From the NCBI GenBank assembly GCA_048213135.1, contig PS015121.1, forward strand, positions 175,562 to 222,988: DNA of 47,427 nt, in the 5' to 3' direction. This document shows, in pieces, positions 14,779 through 25,694 of this stretch (the first letter of the stretch is position 1; the number at the start of each line of letters is the position of its first letter). The stretch is from Reclinomonas americana ATCC 50394 (lineage: Eukaryota). The notes beneath the pieces were generated by a model, which saw nothing but the letters and a program-made list of their open reading frames with translations, did not search any database and had not been told where the DNA came from. Position numbers and translations under genes: made by a program.

Positions 14779-15268
14779 AACCTCCACAGTGTAATTACCT
14801 CGCTCGTATCATTGCATGTGGTAATCGCGTGTGAGACTGCAGTGCTTGTATGGCCGTGGCGATGTGCAGAGGTCGTTGCCCGTTTGCAAAGCGAACACAC
14901 GTTCGATATCCACACTTGCAACCGGACACCATTCATCCCTCCCTTCCCCCCACCCTCCGCCTCCGCTTCTTTCTTTACGTCCCACCCCTCTGCCTGCATC
15001 AACTCCACTCACTCCCACCCCTTCCCCCCTCACCAACAGTTGTTCCCTCGCCACACAAAACATTCGTCTGTCCGAAAATCCACCTCAATTTGCACTTGTA
15101 TTCGCCGCAGCGCAACGAAGACCATCGCGGCAGTCTTCGCCACCCGACTCGCACACGCCATAAAGCCGCCACGATGGCCCATTGCAACCACCCATTACAC
15201 CTCACTTGTGAGAGCTGACAACCTCCCTCCACACAACAACGACAACAACAACAACAACAACAATCATC

Positions 15269-17104
15269 ATGATCTTCTCTCCTCGTGTGCTTGCCGTGCT
15301 GGCACTCTTGGTCATCGTGGCCGTCACGTGAGTCTCTTCTTCTCTCCCTCCCTCTCCCGCCACACCACAGCCCACTGACCTCTGCTGCTCACACAGTGCA
15401 CAAGCCGCCTCTCCTCCACCACCGAAGCCTGCGCCTGCTCCGGCCCCAGCTCCTGCTCCTGCGCCAGCCCCTGCGCCAGCCCCTGCGCCAGCCCCAGCTC
15501 CTGCCCCTGCCCCTCAGCAGCCGGCGCAACCCGAGTGGCGCTCGATTGACGGCGCCAACAACAACCTGCAGCAGCGATGTGTTCCGGATGCGTCGGCACC
15601 CAACAAAAAGAAGTGCCTGCTCGGCTCGGCCGGCCAGGCATACATTCGCTACGCCAACCTCTCCAACTACGGCGCCGATGACAGCCTGCGCGCGGGACCC
15701 AATGCCCGCGACATCTCCAACCTGGTGCTGCAGCAGGGCGTCGACGCCAATGGCGAGCCGAATGAGTTCGAGGCCGCCAACAACGTGTCGGGCATGGTGT
15801 GGCAGTGGGGCCAGTTCCTGGACCACGACATTACGCAGACGGCCAGCGCCAGTCCCACGCAGGACTCGTCGATTGCCGTGCTGGATCCGGCGGATCCGCT
15901 GTTTGGCGGCGCCATTCCGCAGTCGCGCGACGACTACCAGACGATCAATGGTCGCCGTGAGCAGACGAACCACATCACTGCGTGGATCGACGCCTCGCAA
16001 GTGTACGGCTCCGACGCGACCACGGCCAACTCGCTGCGCACCTTTATCGACGGCAAGATGAAGACCTCGGACGGCAACTTGCTGCCGACGAACGGCGCCT
16101 CGCCGGCGATTTCGTCGTACTTTGTGGCGGGCGATGTGCGCGTCAACGAGCAGTCTGGCCTCACCGCCATGCACACGGTGTTTGTGCGCGAACACAACCA
16201 ACTGTGTGACATTATCCTGCGCAACGACGCGCAGCTGGCGGCCATGACGGACTTGGCGAAGAAGGACGAGATTGTGTACCAGCGCGCTCGTCGCATTGTG
16301 GGCGCCGAGATGCAACGCATCACCTACAAGGAGTTCCTGCCGGTGCTGCTGGGCGACTGCACGCCGTTCAACAGGATCACCGCGTACAACTCCAACGCCG
16401 ACGCCACCATCAGCAACGAGTTTGCGGCTGCGGCGTACCGCGTCGGCCACACGATGCTGAGCGATGCGCTGCCGCTGATGGACGAGGCGGACCCGGAGCC
16501 GCGTGAGCCGTCGCTTGCCGACTTCTTCTTCGATGCCACCGAAATCCTGACGCACGGTGTGGATCCAGTGCTGCGCGGCCTGGCCAACTACCCGAGCGAG
16601 GAGGTCGACATTCACATTGCCGACAGCGTGCGCAACATGCTGTTTGAGCACGTGCCGGGCATGGCGCGTGGCCTCGACCTCGCCGCCCTCAACATTCAGC
16701 GCGGCCGCGACCACGGCCTCACCACCTACAACCAGACTCGTCGTCGCCTCGGCCTGCCTGCGCGCGCACTCTTCACCGACATTACGGGCGGCGATGTGGT
16801 GGTGGCGGCGCAGCTGGCGGCGGCCTACAATGGCGACATTGAGATGGTGGATCTGTGGGTGGGCGGGTTGGCGGAGCCGCATGTGGCCGGTGGCATGGTC
16901 GGCGAGACGTTCCGGGCGATCCTCGTGCAGCAGTTTGCGATGCTGAAGGCCGGCGATCGCTTCTTCTACGAGTGGCCGGGATCGCTGACGCAGTTTGAGC
17001 GCGACCTGGCATCGCGCCCTCTGGGCCGCATCATCGAGGACAACACTGGTGTGAGGTTCACGACGCACCAGGGCACCAGCATCATGTACCGCCCTCCGCA
17101 GTGA
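15269..17104 (+). CDS. Secreted animal-type haem peroxidase (peroxidase-cyclooxygenase superfamily) with signal peptide and Pro-Ala linker; exons 15269-15327 and 15397-17104
   Basis: Hydrophobic N-terminus MIFSPRVLAVLALLVIVAVTAQA, (PA)n linker, then RSIDGANNN, WGQFLDHDI (distal His), GDVRVNEQ (distal Arg/Glu), AYRVGHTM (proximal His), LNIQRGRDHG and GDRFFYE. Confidence 0.93.
15427..15514 (+). repeat. Coding (Pro-Ala)n repeat between signal peptide and peroxidase domain
   Basis: Degenerate CCN-GCN hexamers reading PAPAPAPA... in the peroxidase frame. Confidence 0.85.
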
Positions 17105-17463
17105 GCACAGGCCTCGAGCAATCGCACGAGTGCCACACGACAACTTTAAGGATGTACAGTTTAATGAAATCAACAGAAACGTTAGAAACCAACAACTCGT
17201 CCTTCTTGATCTTCGGTCGTTCTCATCGGGTTCTCTGAGAACCACAATTGTCGACCATGGGTTGGCGGTGAACATGCGGACCAGTGCCGGCAGCTCGGCG
17301 CTGGTCAGGTGTTTTTGATGCTGGAAGAACTGCACGATCGAAGCATGTGTGAGGCACAAGATAAGCAGCGAGGCAACCGTTCCTCCTCCACAAACAAATT
17401 GCATGAAACGTCGTGTCCGTCCTTCATGCAATTGCACACCACACGCACACACAAGCAACGCAC

Positions 17464-18796
17464 ATGCTGTTCAAAGTCGCCGTTCGCTCTGGCCAAGCCG
17501 GAGATCATGGAGAGTTCAGCCGCGGCATTTTTGCCACGGAAGACATCAAGGCGGTGAGTGTGTGAAAGAGTGAGAGTGAGTCTCTCTCGGAAAAAAGCAG
17601 TGATATTGCTCACACATGCATGCATGCGCAGGGAGAAGTGGTGTGGGAGTGGGATCGGGTGAGTGACTTTGTTTTGCAGTCTTCCTGCATGCATGTGTGC
17701 TCTCTCTCTCCCTCACACACACACGGATGCAGGATGGCGAGTTCCTGCGCACATTCTCTCGCGCCGACATTGAGGCGGCGGCTGGCGAGGATGCCGCGCG
17801 TGGCACTCTCCTCAAGACCTACTCGTACTTTTGCGGCGACGGTGTCTACGGCTCCACCGACAATCCCGAGGAGGATCCCTCGTACTACTTCAACCACACG
17901 TGCAATCCGAACTGCGGCTACGACACGGACGATCGACTGGTGGCGCTGCGCGACATCAAGGCCGGCGAGGAGGTGGCGTACGACTATGGGTTCACCGAGA
18001 CCGAGGAGTCGTTCCACGCGGGCATGCACTGTCAGTGCGGGAACCCGCAGTGCCGGGGATTGCTGCGATTTGATGACTATCGGTGAGGCAGGAGGAGAAG
18101 GGGGAGGAGGAGGAAGGAGGAGGAGAAGGGGGAGAAGTTGAACAAAAAGGAGGAGGAGGAGAAGAAGAAGAAGAAGAAGAAAAAAAGAAGAAGAAGAAGA
18201 ACAAGAGTAAGAAGCAGATGGAGGAGGAGAAGGAGGAGAAGAAGAAGAAGAAAAAGAAGAACAAGAAGAACGAGAACAAGAACAACAGAAACAAGGAGAA
18301 GATCGAGAAAGAAGAACGAGTGCAAGAGGGAGCGGAAGCAGCATACTTACAAGCAGAAGAAGGAGGAGGAGGAAAGGAAGCAGAACAAGCACAACAATTA
18401 GAGGAATAAGAAGATCGACAACAACAGCAACACGAAAAACATCAAGAGAAAGAAGGAGAGGAAGAAGAAGGAGAAGAAGATGAAGAGGAGGAGGAAGAAA
18501 GAAGCAGATGAATGGTGCAGCAGAACGAGTACCGGTGGAGGGTAAAACGAAGGAGGAAGGAAAAAGAAGAACTGAAGCAGGTCGTGAATTGGACGACGGC
18601 AGGCCATGAAAAGTCGAGTATTAGTCATGGCGAAGTGCATACAGAGAGCAGCCGAGCCGCTCGACTTTGTGCCGACCAATGCACTCATTCCGTTTTTCAC
18701 AGCAATGCCGAGTGGGCGCGTCAGTGGCGCCCCTACTGCGAGGAGCACATCCAGAAGAAGATTGACGAGATCCACGGCGACGCAGCGCGCTCTTGA
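17464..18796 (+). CDS. Small stand-alone SET + post-SET protein-lysine methyltransferase (bacterial-type architecture); exons 17464-17553, 17632-17658, 17733-18082, 18703-18796
   Basis: RGIFATEDIKAGEVV, FNHTCNPN, ALRDIKAGEEVAYDY and post-SET CQCGNPQCRG. Splicing cg|gtgagg...cacag|c extends the frame to DDYRNAEWARQWRPYCEEHIQKKIDEI. Confidence 0.88.
18085..18580 (+). repeat. Purine-rich (GAA/GAG/GGA) low-complexity tract inside the last SET intron
   Basis: About 500 nt of mostly A/G triplet runs on the + strand. Confidence 0.9.
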
Positions 18797-19003
18797 TCAC
18801 GTGCTATGAGAGCACAGAGAAGAGATGCAAATCAATAGAATCACCTTTCCCCCTCTCATGATCGACTCTCACACACGCGTGTGTATGCATGCCATGAACA
18901 GTTCGTGGAGAAGACGAGGGGAAAAAAAAGCAGGCACGTTCACTCACTCGCACACGAGTGTGCGAGAAGTCTTCTCGCGCGCACATTTCTTCTCAACTCT
19001 CAT

Positions 19004-19424
19004 TTACATCATGCCAGCAGCGACACCAACGCCGTCCCACGCCGCCTCGCCGTAGTTGCCCTCGTCGAGGTTCTCGCCCACTGCACACAGTGAGACGTGT
19101 GAGACACACACACACAGAAGAAGAGATAGACAGTCATTATGTGCGCAACTGTTGTAGGCCGACACAGCCGAGCCGAGGCCGGGCACAAACGAGCCCGCCA
19201 CGCCAGTGGCCTGCACGACAACAACATAAACAAAGAGTGAGTCTATGATGATGTCATGTGAGTGCGAGAAGATGCACTCACCGCCTCCTCAGCAGCGCCA
19301 GAGTAGTTTCCGTCCGCCAGGTCCATGCCCGCGTTGATGCCGTCTGTGTGAGGTTTGAGTGAGAGAGTGTAAAGGAAGAGAGAGAGGAGAGAGAACAGGG
19401 CGCACCGTAGATCGCCTCTGCCAT
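19004..19424 (-). CDS. Uncharacterised ~72-aa Gly/Ala-rich acidic microprotein, 4 exons
   Basis: Three GT-AG introns with consistent phases give MAEAIYDGINAGMDLADGNYSGAAEEAATGVAGSFVPGLGSAVSAYNMGENLDEGNYGEAAWDGVGVAAGMM*. Confidence 0.75.
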
Positions 19425-19787
19425 TGCTCTGTCGAATCAATAAAAACTGATGTGGGACGAGACGGGACTCCCGGCTGTCTCCTCTTCATGCACAGCACCC
19501 GCCGAGTCCACAAGAGCAGAAGATAGCCCAGCAGCACATTACCTCTCCTTATTATCATCATGGCCAGTGTGCATGCATGATCCACGACGTCGCTGTCCAA
19601 GAAATTTATGAACGTTTCAAGTCTGCTCTCGCTTGCCGATCGCCCAGCCTCCGCCTCACACTCATGTATCATGCATCATGCGCACTACTAACCACTCGCC
19701 CTCAACGCGCCAGTCTTGCTTCGTGCCGGGTTTGACAAGTCTGTCGTCCTGTCATTGTGCAATTCTATCTTTGTGTGGAGAGAGAGA

Positions 19788-21974
19788 ATGTTGGTGTCTG
19801 CGCTCCTTCTCTGGTACGCTGTCTCACAAACTGCCGGCATCCTGGGTGGATTACTGTATACAAGTGTCAGCACTCATGAACGCAGCAAGGTGTCGGTCGT
19901 CGATTATGTCAGCACGTTTATTCTCAGCACTATCGTATCCACGGGATTCGTCTTTGCCGCTCCTCTCGGCGCCGTGGTGCTGATCGGAGATGCAGCGGTG
20001 AGCAACGTGGCGGCGAGGTGGCAGGCGAATGCGTATGCGGCGGCAGCCGAAGAGCAGAGGAAAGAAGACTTTGCGCATGTCACGCAGCAGGCGAGGGAGA
20101 TGGCGCAGCTGACACTGGAGCTGCAAGCGGAAGACGAGGCGCTGTTTGGCAAGCGCAGCGTTCCGGCACGCTGGCGCTGTTCTATTTCGGGGGTGGTGAG
20201 CATCTTGCCCCCTCGCTGTTGTCTGTGAGGAACTCACTCACGTGTAGTTGTCGTCAGATCATGCGCGATCCAGTGTCGATCAACGGCCAGGTGGTGCTAT
20301 GTGAGCGTCGATTCGCCGAGCTCCTCCTCACCGAGATGCTGGCACTCGGCGTGGTTCTACGGGATCCCGTCACGCACGAGGAAATGGCCGTCGACACGTT
20401 GTGTGTGGCGGCCGTCGACGATGTGCGGGAGGAGATTGAGCAAGCACGCGAGCTGGCACGACGCGGCGACGGGTGGGATCTGGTGCTCGACGCAGACGAA
20501 TTCGAGGCTGGAGTTGACGAGGCAGCAGCAGTCATGATCAGCGGCGAGGCGTCGTCGGTCGCCCTGTCAGCCGACTCGGCAGCAGCTGCGGGCCCCTCTG
20601 GCTCCATTCCACCCGCAGCTCACATGCCAGAGGCTGCCGAGCAAGTGCGGCAATGCTGGCTGCGGGAGGTGGCCACGGCTGCGGTCGAGGCCGACGAGAC
20701 CGACGGCGAGTGGATGCTCCTTCGCTCCGATGTGTTCTCGCGCCAGCACTCGCGACCCGACGAGGCGCGCGAGATGGCTCGTGCCTTGCTGCGTGACCGC
20801 CGTCGTCAGCAGATTGCAGAACTGCGCGAGCAGTACGGGCATGCGAGTAGTGTGGATGTGTCTGTCGAGGCCAACGCCGACGGCCGTGTGATGTGCTCCA
20901 ACTGCACAGCGCGCGACTGGCACAACGGCTATCGGCTGCCATGCGGCCACCACATTTGTCGCGAGTGGTTGCGTAACAAACATTGCAGTACAGGTTGACA
21001 AGGGGATGCTGACAGCCTGCGTGCTTCCCCCCGGTGCAGTGTTGTCGAGTCGCTGCGCGAACTGATGACGCATAGGTCGCGTGTCTCCAAGCCACTGTCG
21101 TGTGCGGTGACGGGCTGCAAGCATGGTACGTGTGGAGCGGAGTTTTTGGTGAGCCACACATTTTTTACACACACGAGCTTACCACTCTTGCGCACAACGC
21201 AGAAATACCCGACTCTGTCATCAGCCACGCATGCGACGGTGCGGAGGAGGAAGTGTGCGAGATACTCGACTCGTATCTGGCGCTGCTGACCCAGTTCTTC
21301 TTGCAGCTGCGCACAAAGAAATGCCCCACGGTCAGCACATGCTTCTGTGTGTGTTTTGTGTTGTGACGACTCGAGCTCGAGCTCGAGCCTCACCGTCGAC
21401 TATAATCTGCAGTGCCACACTCTGTGGCTCCCCGACGAACCTGCGTTGAAGAGCATCACGTGTCACTGCACCACACGCTTCTGCCTAGAGTGCGGCAAGC
21501 CGTGGCGAGGAACCGGTTCAGAATCGTGTGGCAACATTGACTGCGAGACGCCTGTGGAGATGCTGGCCACTTGCCGCGAAGTGGTTCGTTTCCTGCCGTG
21601 CGTCAACAACTGTGGCGAGGAGCTTCCGCATACTCACACTGTGTGTACACACAGTGGGTGTGGCCTCACCGAGACGTACAAGTGCCGGTCATGCGCGCGT
21701 GCCCAGTCTGCCACCACGTGCAAGGTACGCGTCGGCGGCGGTGCACTGCTTTCGTAAATGTCCCTCACGAGTCAACCCCGCGACAGAACACGATAATGGA
21801 TGCAAACATATGCGATGCCTGCAGTGCCAAGCCGAGTATTGCATGCGATGTCTAGCAGTGAAACGCTCACCGTTGGGGGCATGGCCGCCGTCTTGTGGAG
21901 TCTACTCGACCGCATGCCCAGTGGCCCCTCGGCAGAGAGTGAATGGCGCCGGTCGCATTGAGGAGGGACTGTAA
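19788..21974 (+). CDS. Putative membrane-anchored E3 ligase: hydrophobic N-terminus, U-box-like domain, RBR (RING1-IBR-RING2)
   Basis: U-box-like VPARWRCSISGVIMRDPV..CERRFAE..DPVTHEEM. RING1 CSNC..LPCGHHICREC..CAVTGC. IBR CPTC..CHCTTRFCLECGKPW. RING2 RACPVC..HDNGCKHMRCLQCQAEYCMRC. Six GT-AG introns. Start codon uncertain. Confidence 0.8.
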
Positions 21975-22110
21975 TTGGAAGCAACAACGGTGTGGGATAG
22001 ATAAGTAGACACGTACAGACGACAGTGAATGGACGGTACGCAGACGTCAAGCTCGACAGCTCATTTTGATTGATCGCAACAGAGAGAGAGAGAGAGAAGA
22101 GTATACACAT

Positions 22111-23871
22111 TTACAAGCTGTCACTATCAGAATCCACACCTGCGCCGACCACGTATCGAGTGAGCTGCGGTCAACATTGACAAAGAAACAACTCGACATG
22201 GACACACACAAACCAGCAGCCACGCATTCTGCTTGAATACAGTGGACGCGAGCATCCTCCAGAATGAAGCAACGCAACACCAGCGTCGGCAACGAGTCCG
22301 CATCATCGTCAACCTCCTCTTCCCCTTCCTCCATCTCCGTCTCCGCTGGCACTTCGTCCCCCACCGTGACCTGATTTTCGCCAACACGACGCAAACGAAT
22401 GGCATCGTACAAGTCGTAAAGCGCGTCGAGTGCCCGGCAGATCATCACCATCTCCGCTTGCAGCATGCATAGTGCACTCCAGGATCCTGGACTTTTGATC
22501 AGAACTGGGAGTATAGCACGCAAAGGCCTGTGATTCTCACAAGCACGCACCAGAATCCCACAGTCGCACGGTGCCGTCGGCAGCGCTGCTGACAATCTTG
22601 CCATCGTACAGCGCACACACGGAGTTGACGACGGCCATGTGACCCTGCAGGATGGCGACGCACTGGATTNNNNNNNNNNNNNNNNNNNNNNNNNNNNNNN
22701 NNNNNNNNNNNNNNNNNNNNNNNNNNNNNNNNNNNNNNNNNNNNNNNNNNNNNNNNNNNNNNNNNNNNNNNNNNNNNNNNNNNNNNNNNNNNNNNNNNNN
22801 NNNNNNNNNNNNNNNNNNNNNNNNNNNNNNNNNNNNNNNNNNNNNNNNNNNNNNNNNNNNNNNNNNNNNNNNNNNNNNNNNNNNNNNNNNNNNNNNNNNN
22901 NNNNNNNNNNNNNNNNNNNNNNNNNNNNNNNNNNNNNNNNNNNNNNNNNNNNNNNNNNNNNNNNNNNNNNNNNNNNNNNNNNNNNNNNNNNNNNNNNNNN
23001 NNNNNNNNNNNNNNNNNNNNNNNNNNNNNNNNNNNNNNNNNNNNNNGCACACGCACGGATCCACGGCCAGCGAGAATGGCCCGAGCGCAATAACTCGCTG
23101 CTGATTCTCATTGAATCGGCGCACAGAGCGGCCGCTGGCCACCTCGCACTGCACGATGGAGCCGTCATTGGAGCCGGCGAACAGCCACTGTGGTCTGCCG
23201 TACTTGCCCCGCGTCACGGCCAGTGAGTGTACAGGATGCTCAAAAGTCGTGGCGTCCGACGACAACCACTCCAGCTGCGCTGCGGCCGTGGCCGAGATAG
23301 ACCACAGCGCTACGTAGCTCCGCACTCGTCCCTCCGTAAACGCACACGCGAGACGCACAGGTGGTCGCTGGTCGGGCGCAAACACCACCGCCCGCACCTT
23401 GGCCGGCTTCTTTGTGGAAGCAGCAGCAGCAGCAGCACCTCCATCACTGCTGCCACGCATCGGAATGGTCACCAGCGGAGTTCCACTCTGCGCGTCAAAC
23501 ACACGAAGGCTACCATCGTGCTCATGCCGGTCTCCCACAACAGCCAGCAGCTGTTGCAGTTGCATCGCGTACGCTTGCTCCGTCAGTCGTGCACGATGTT
23601 GTGTCACAGACGAAGGTGCTCGTCGCTGTGAGGATGCCGGCGCCGAGGTAGGAACCACACCCTCCAGCAGCGGCAAAGAGAGGGCGACTTGCAAGCTGGC
23701 ACCGCGCCTCGGAATGCTCGTGCTTGCGTGCTGGTAGTGTTGATAGCGACGCAGCTCACACTGGCGCAGCTCGGGCCCTCCGCCATCAAGTACCATGTGT
23801 GCCAGTGGAGGTGTGTCCCGTGGGTGATTGGCAGCCGCGCCATCGTGCTCAGCGCTGGTGGCAGCTCCCAT
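22111..23871 (-). CDS. WD40-repeat protein (interrupted by an N-gap), possible N-myristoylation
   Basis: LQGHMAVVNSVCALYDGKIVSSAADGTVRLWD and WLFAGSNDGSIVQCE. The start MGAATS fits MGxxxS. Last-exon splicing is tentative. Confidence 0.75.
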
Positions 23872-23928
23872 GACAGCAGGAGAGGGAAAAGTTGTCGTGT
23901 GGGACACACTACTCTTGACATACTATAC
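23872..23928. promoter_or_regulatory. Very short divergent (bidirectional) intergenic region between the WD40 and Med22-like genes
   Basis: 57 bp separate the two inferred head-to-head ATGs. Confidence 0.55.
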
Positions 23929-24479
23929 ATGTCGCAAGCGCAGCTGCTGTGGAGGCAGCGCATTCAGAAGGATGTGCAAGGTGTGTGTGTGTCTGTGCGC
24001 GTGTGTGTGTGTGCAGCGTGTGACTCTCTGCGCAGATGTGTCGCGTGACTTCACCTCGATGGCGGAGAAGTTTGAGTCGCTGATCGGCAGCTTCCAGGTC
24101 GGTGCAGTGTGTGAGAGAACGCGTACACACAAGGGACTTACCGCTCTCTCCTTCTCCTCTCTTGTCTCAGTTCCCCACACACAGCAACACGGAGAAGGGC
24201 CTGCTCGATGTGCAGACGTACAGCACACTGATTGTGGATCGGTGTCACCGACTGCTGCGTCGCGTGCAACAGCTGCGACACACCTCACTGTTGCATGACA
24301 CGGAGGTGCTGAGTGCGCGCGTGGAGGAGGCCGATCGACTGTGCACACAGGAGATGCGCGACGGTCGCGACGGGCTGGCCAAGGTGCAGCGCGAGGTCGA
24401 TGAGCTCATTGGGGCAGTGCAGGCGCACTTGGAGTCGTCGCTCGTGCCTCTGCCACCACCACCACCACCACATCAATAG
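23929..24479 (+). CDS. Mediator subunit Med22 (SURF5)-like helical protein, 3 exons
   Basis: WRQRIQKDVQDVSRDF...DVQTYSTLIVDRCHRLLRRVQQLRHTSLLHD...VQREVDELIGAVQAHLESS follows the Med22 hydrophobic pattern and length as I recall them. Divergent, so it needs an HMM check. Confidence 0.55.
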
Positions 24480-24524
24480 CGCATGTCACCGCGAGTGAAC
24501 ATGGAGAGAGAGAAAAGCGACGCT

Positions 24525-25615
24525 TCACTCGTGCTTGGTGTCCTTTTTGACAGCGGGTGCTGGTGGTGAGCTGCTCACCGCCGCCTTCTTCTTGCCGCTG
24601 ATGGCCTTGGCAAAGCCGGCGAGGAGTCGAATGAACCAGTAGACGTTGAGGCAGCCGAGCACGGCGTAATTCGTGCCCAGAGCCACTTGGCTGGCGATTG
24701 GCAGGTCGTAGAAGCGCGGCACCACCGACGCAGGCAGCGAAATCATGGATACTGCGCAGAGTGAGGAGTGTGGCGGCGAGAGCAGAGATGCATCTTGGTT
24801 CCTACACGGCTACGCACCTCCACTGCTGAGGCTGAAGCTCAGCGAGAACGGTCCGTAGACGAACAAAAGTGTGAAGGCCAGCAAGCGGAACACCATCCAC
24901 GCCACCAGCACCCACAAGCCGTTGATGCGTTCGAGCAGCGACAGTGGCTGGTGCTGCTTCAGGCCACGCATGAACAGCATCCAGTTGATGAACGGGGTGG
25001 TGGCCTGAGCGAGACGAGAAGTGTGATTGGCGAGGCCTTTCCGCTGCGACAACTCCTTTCCGCACTCACCTCCGTCTGCAACAAGTACACCGGGTAGTAC
25101 GCTCCCTGCGGCTGCAACAGGAACACCATGTATCCGAAGGCGGCCACGAGATGATGCGCCACACGCAGTGGCGAGTCGAGCAGATCACTGGAGCGCACCA
25201 ACATGCCCGCGTACGACTGCACAAAGTACCCCAACGAGATGGACACCACGACCACTCGCCACTCATGCAACGTCAGACCTCCACACAGCACCTCGGCGCT
25301 GTCCGCACCGCCGGCGACACCATGAGTCAACCAGAGAGCGAGGATGGCACACAAGGCCGAGTGTGTGGACGACGAGACGCGATTGGGGGCTTCTGCGCGG
25401 TCGACACTCGTACGCAGGCGTTCCCACACTTGGTGGGTCAACACGCGCCGCAGGAACACCTCACTGATGTAGAAAATGGTCGGGAAGGCCATCGCTGCGT
25501 GTGCATGTTTTGTGTGAGAGAGTGAGATTGGTTTGCTGCAACTTTCCGCCCTTGACTGACCAGCAAGCAGAGCCAGTGGGAAGCACCATGGCAGGAAGCC
25601 TTCAGCGGTCGCCAT
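24525..25615 (-). CDS. TLC (TRAM/LAG1/CLN8) domain membrane protein, TMEM56/TLCD-like, 4 exons
   Basis: RVSSSTHS, SLGYFV, VAHHLV, TEATTPFIN, WMVFRL and LNVYWF motifs; several TM helices; Lys-rich C-terminus KKDTKHE. Confidence 0.88.
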
Positions 25616-25694
25616 GGCGTTGCGTTTGAGATATAATATGTAAGAAAACACGTGGACGGCGGGACACGGAGTTGTCTGTCATTCATTATGGTGG

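Noticed and set aside
17195-17335. Coding-like minus-strand fragment (FFQHQKHLTSAELPALVRMF...; KKDEL in another frame) with a small palindrome
   Set aside because: No start, no consistent frame and no recognisable homology; at most a gene relic.
15389-17458. 689-aa minus-strand ORF
   Set aside because: Antisense shadow of the GC-rich peroxidase exon, with no recognisable motifs.
17610-18775. Poly-E/K/R and poly-F/L/S ORFs
   Set aside because: Translations of the purine-rich intronic tract.
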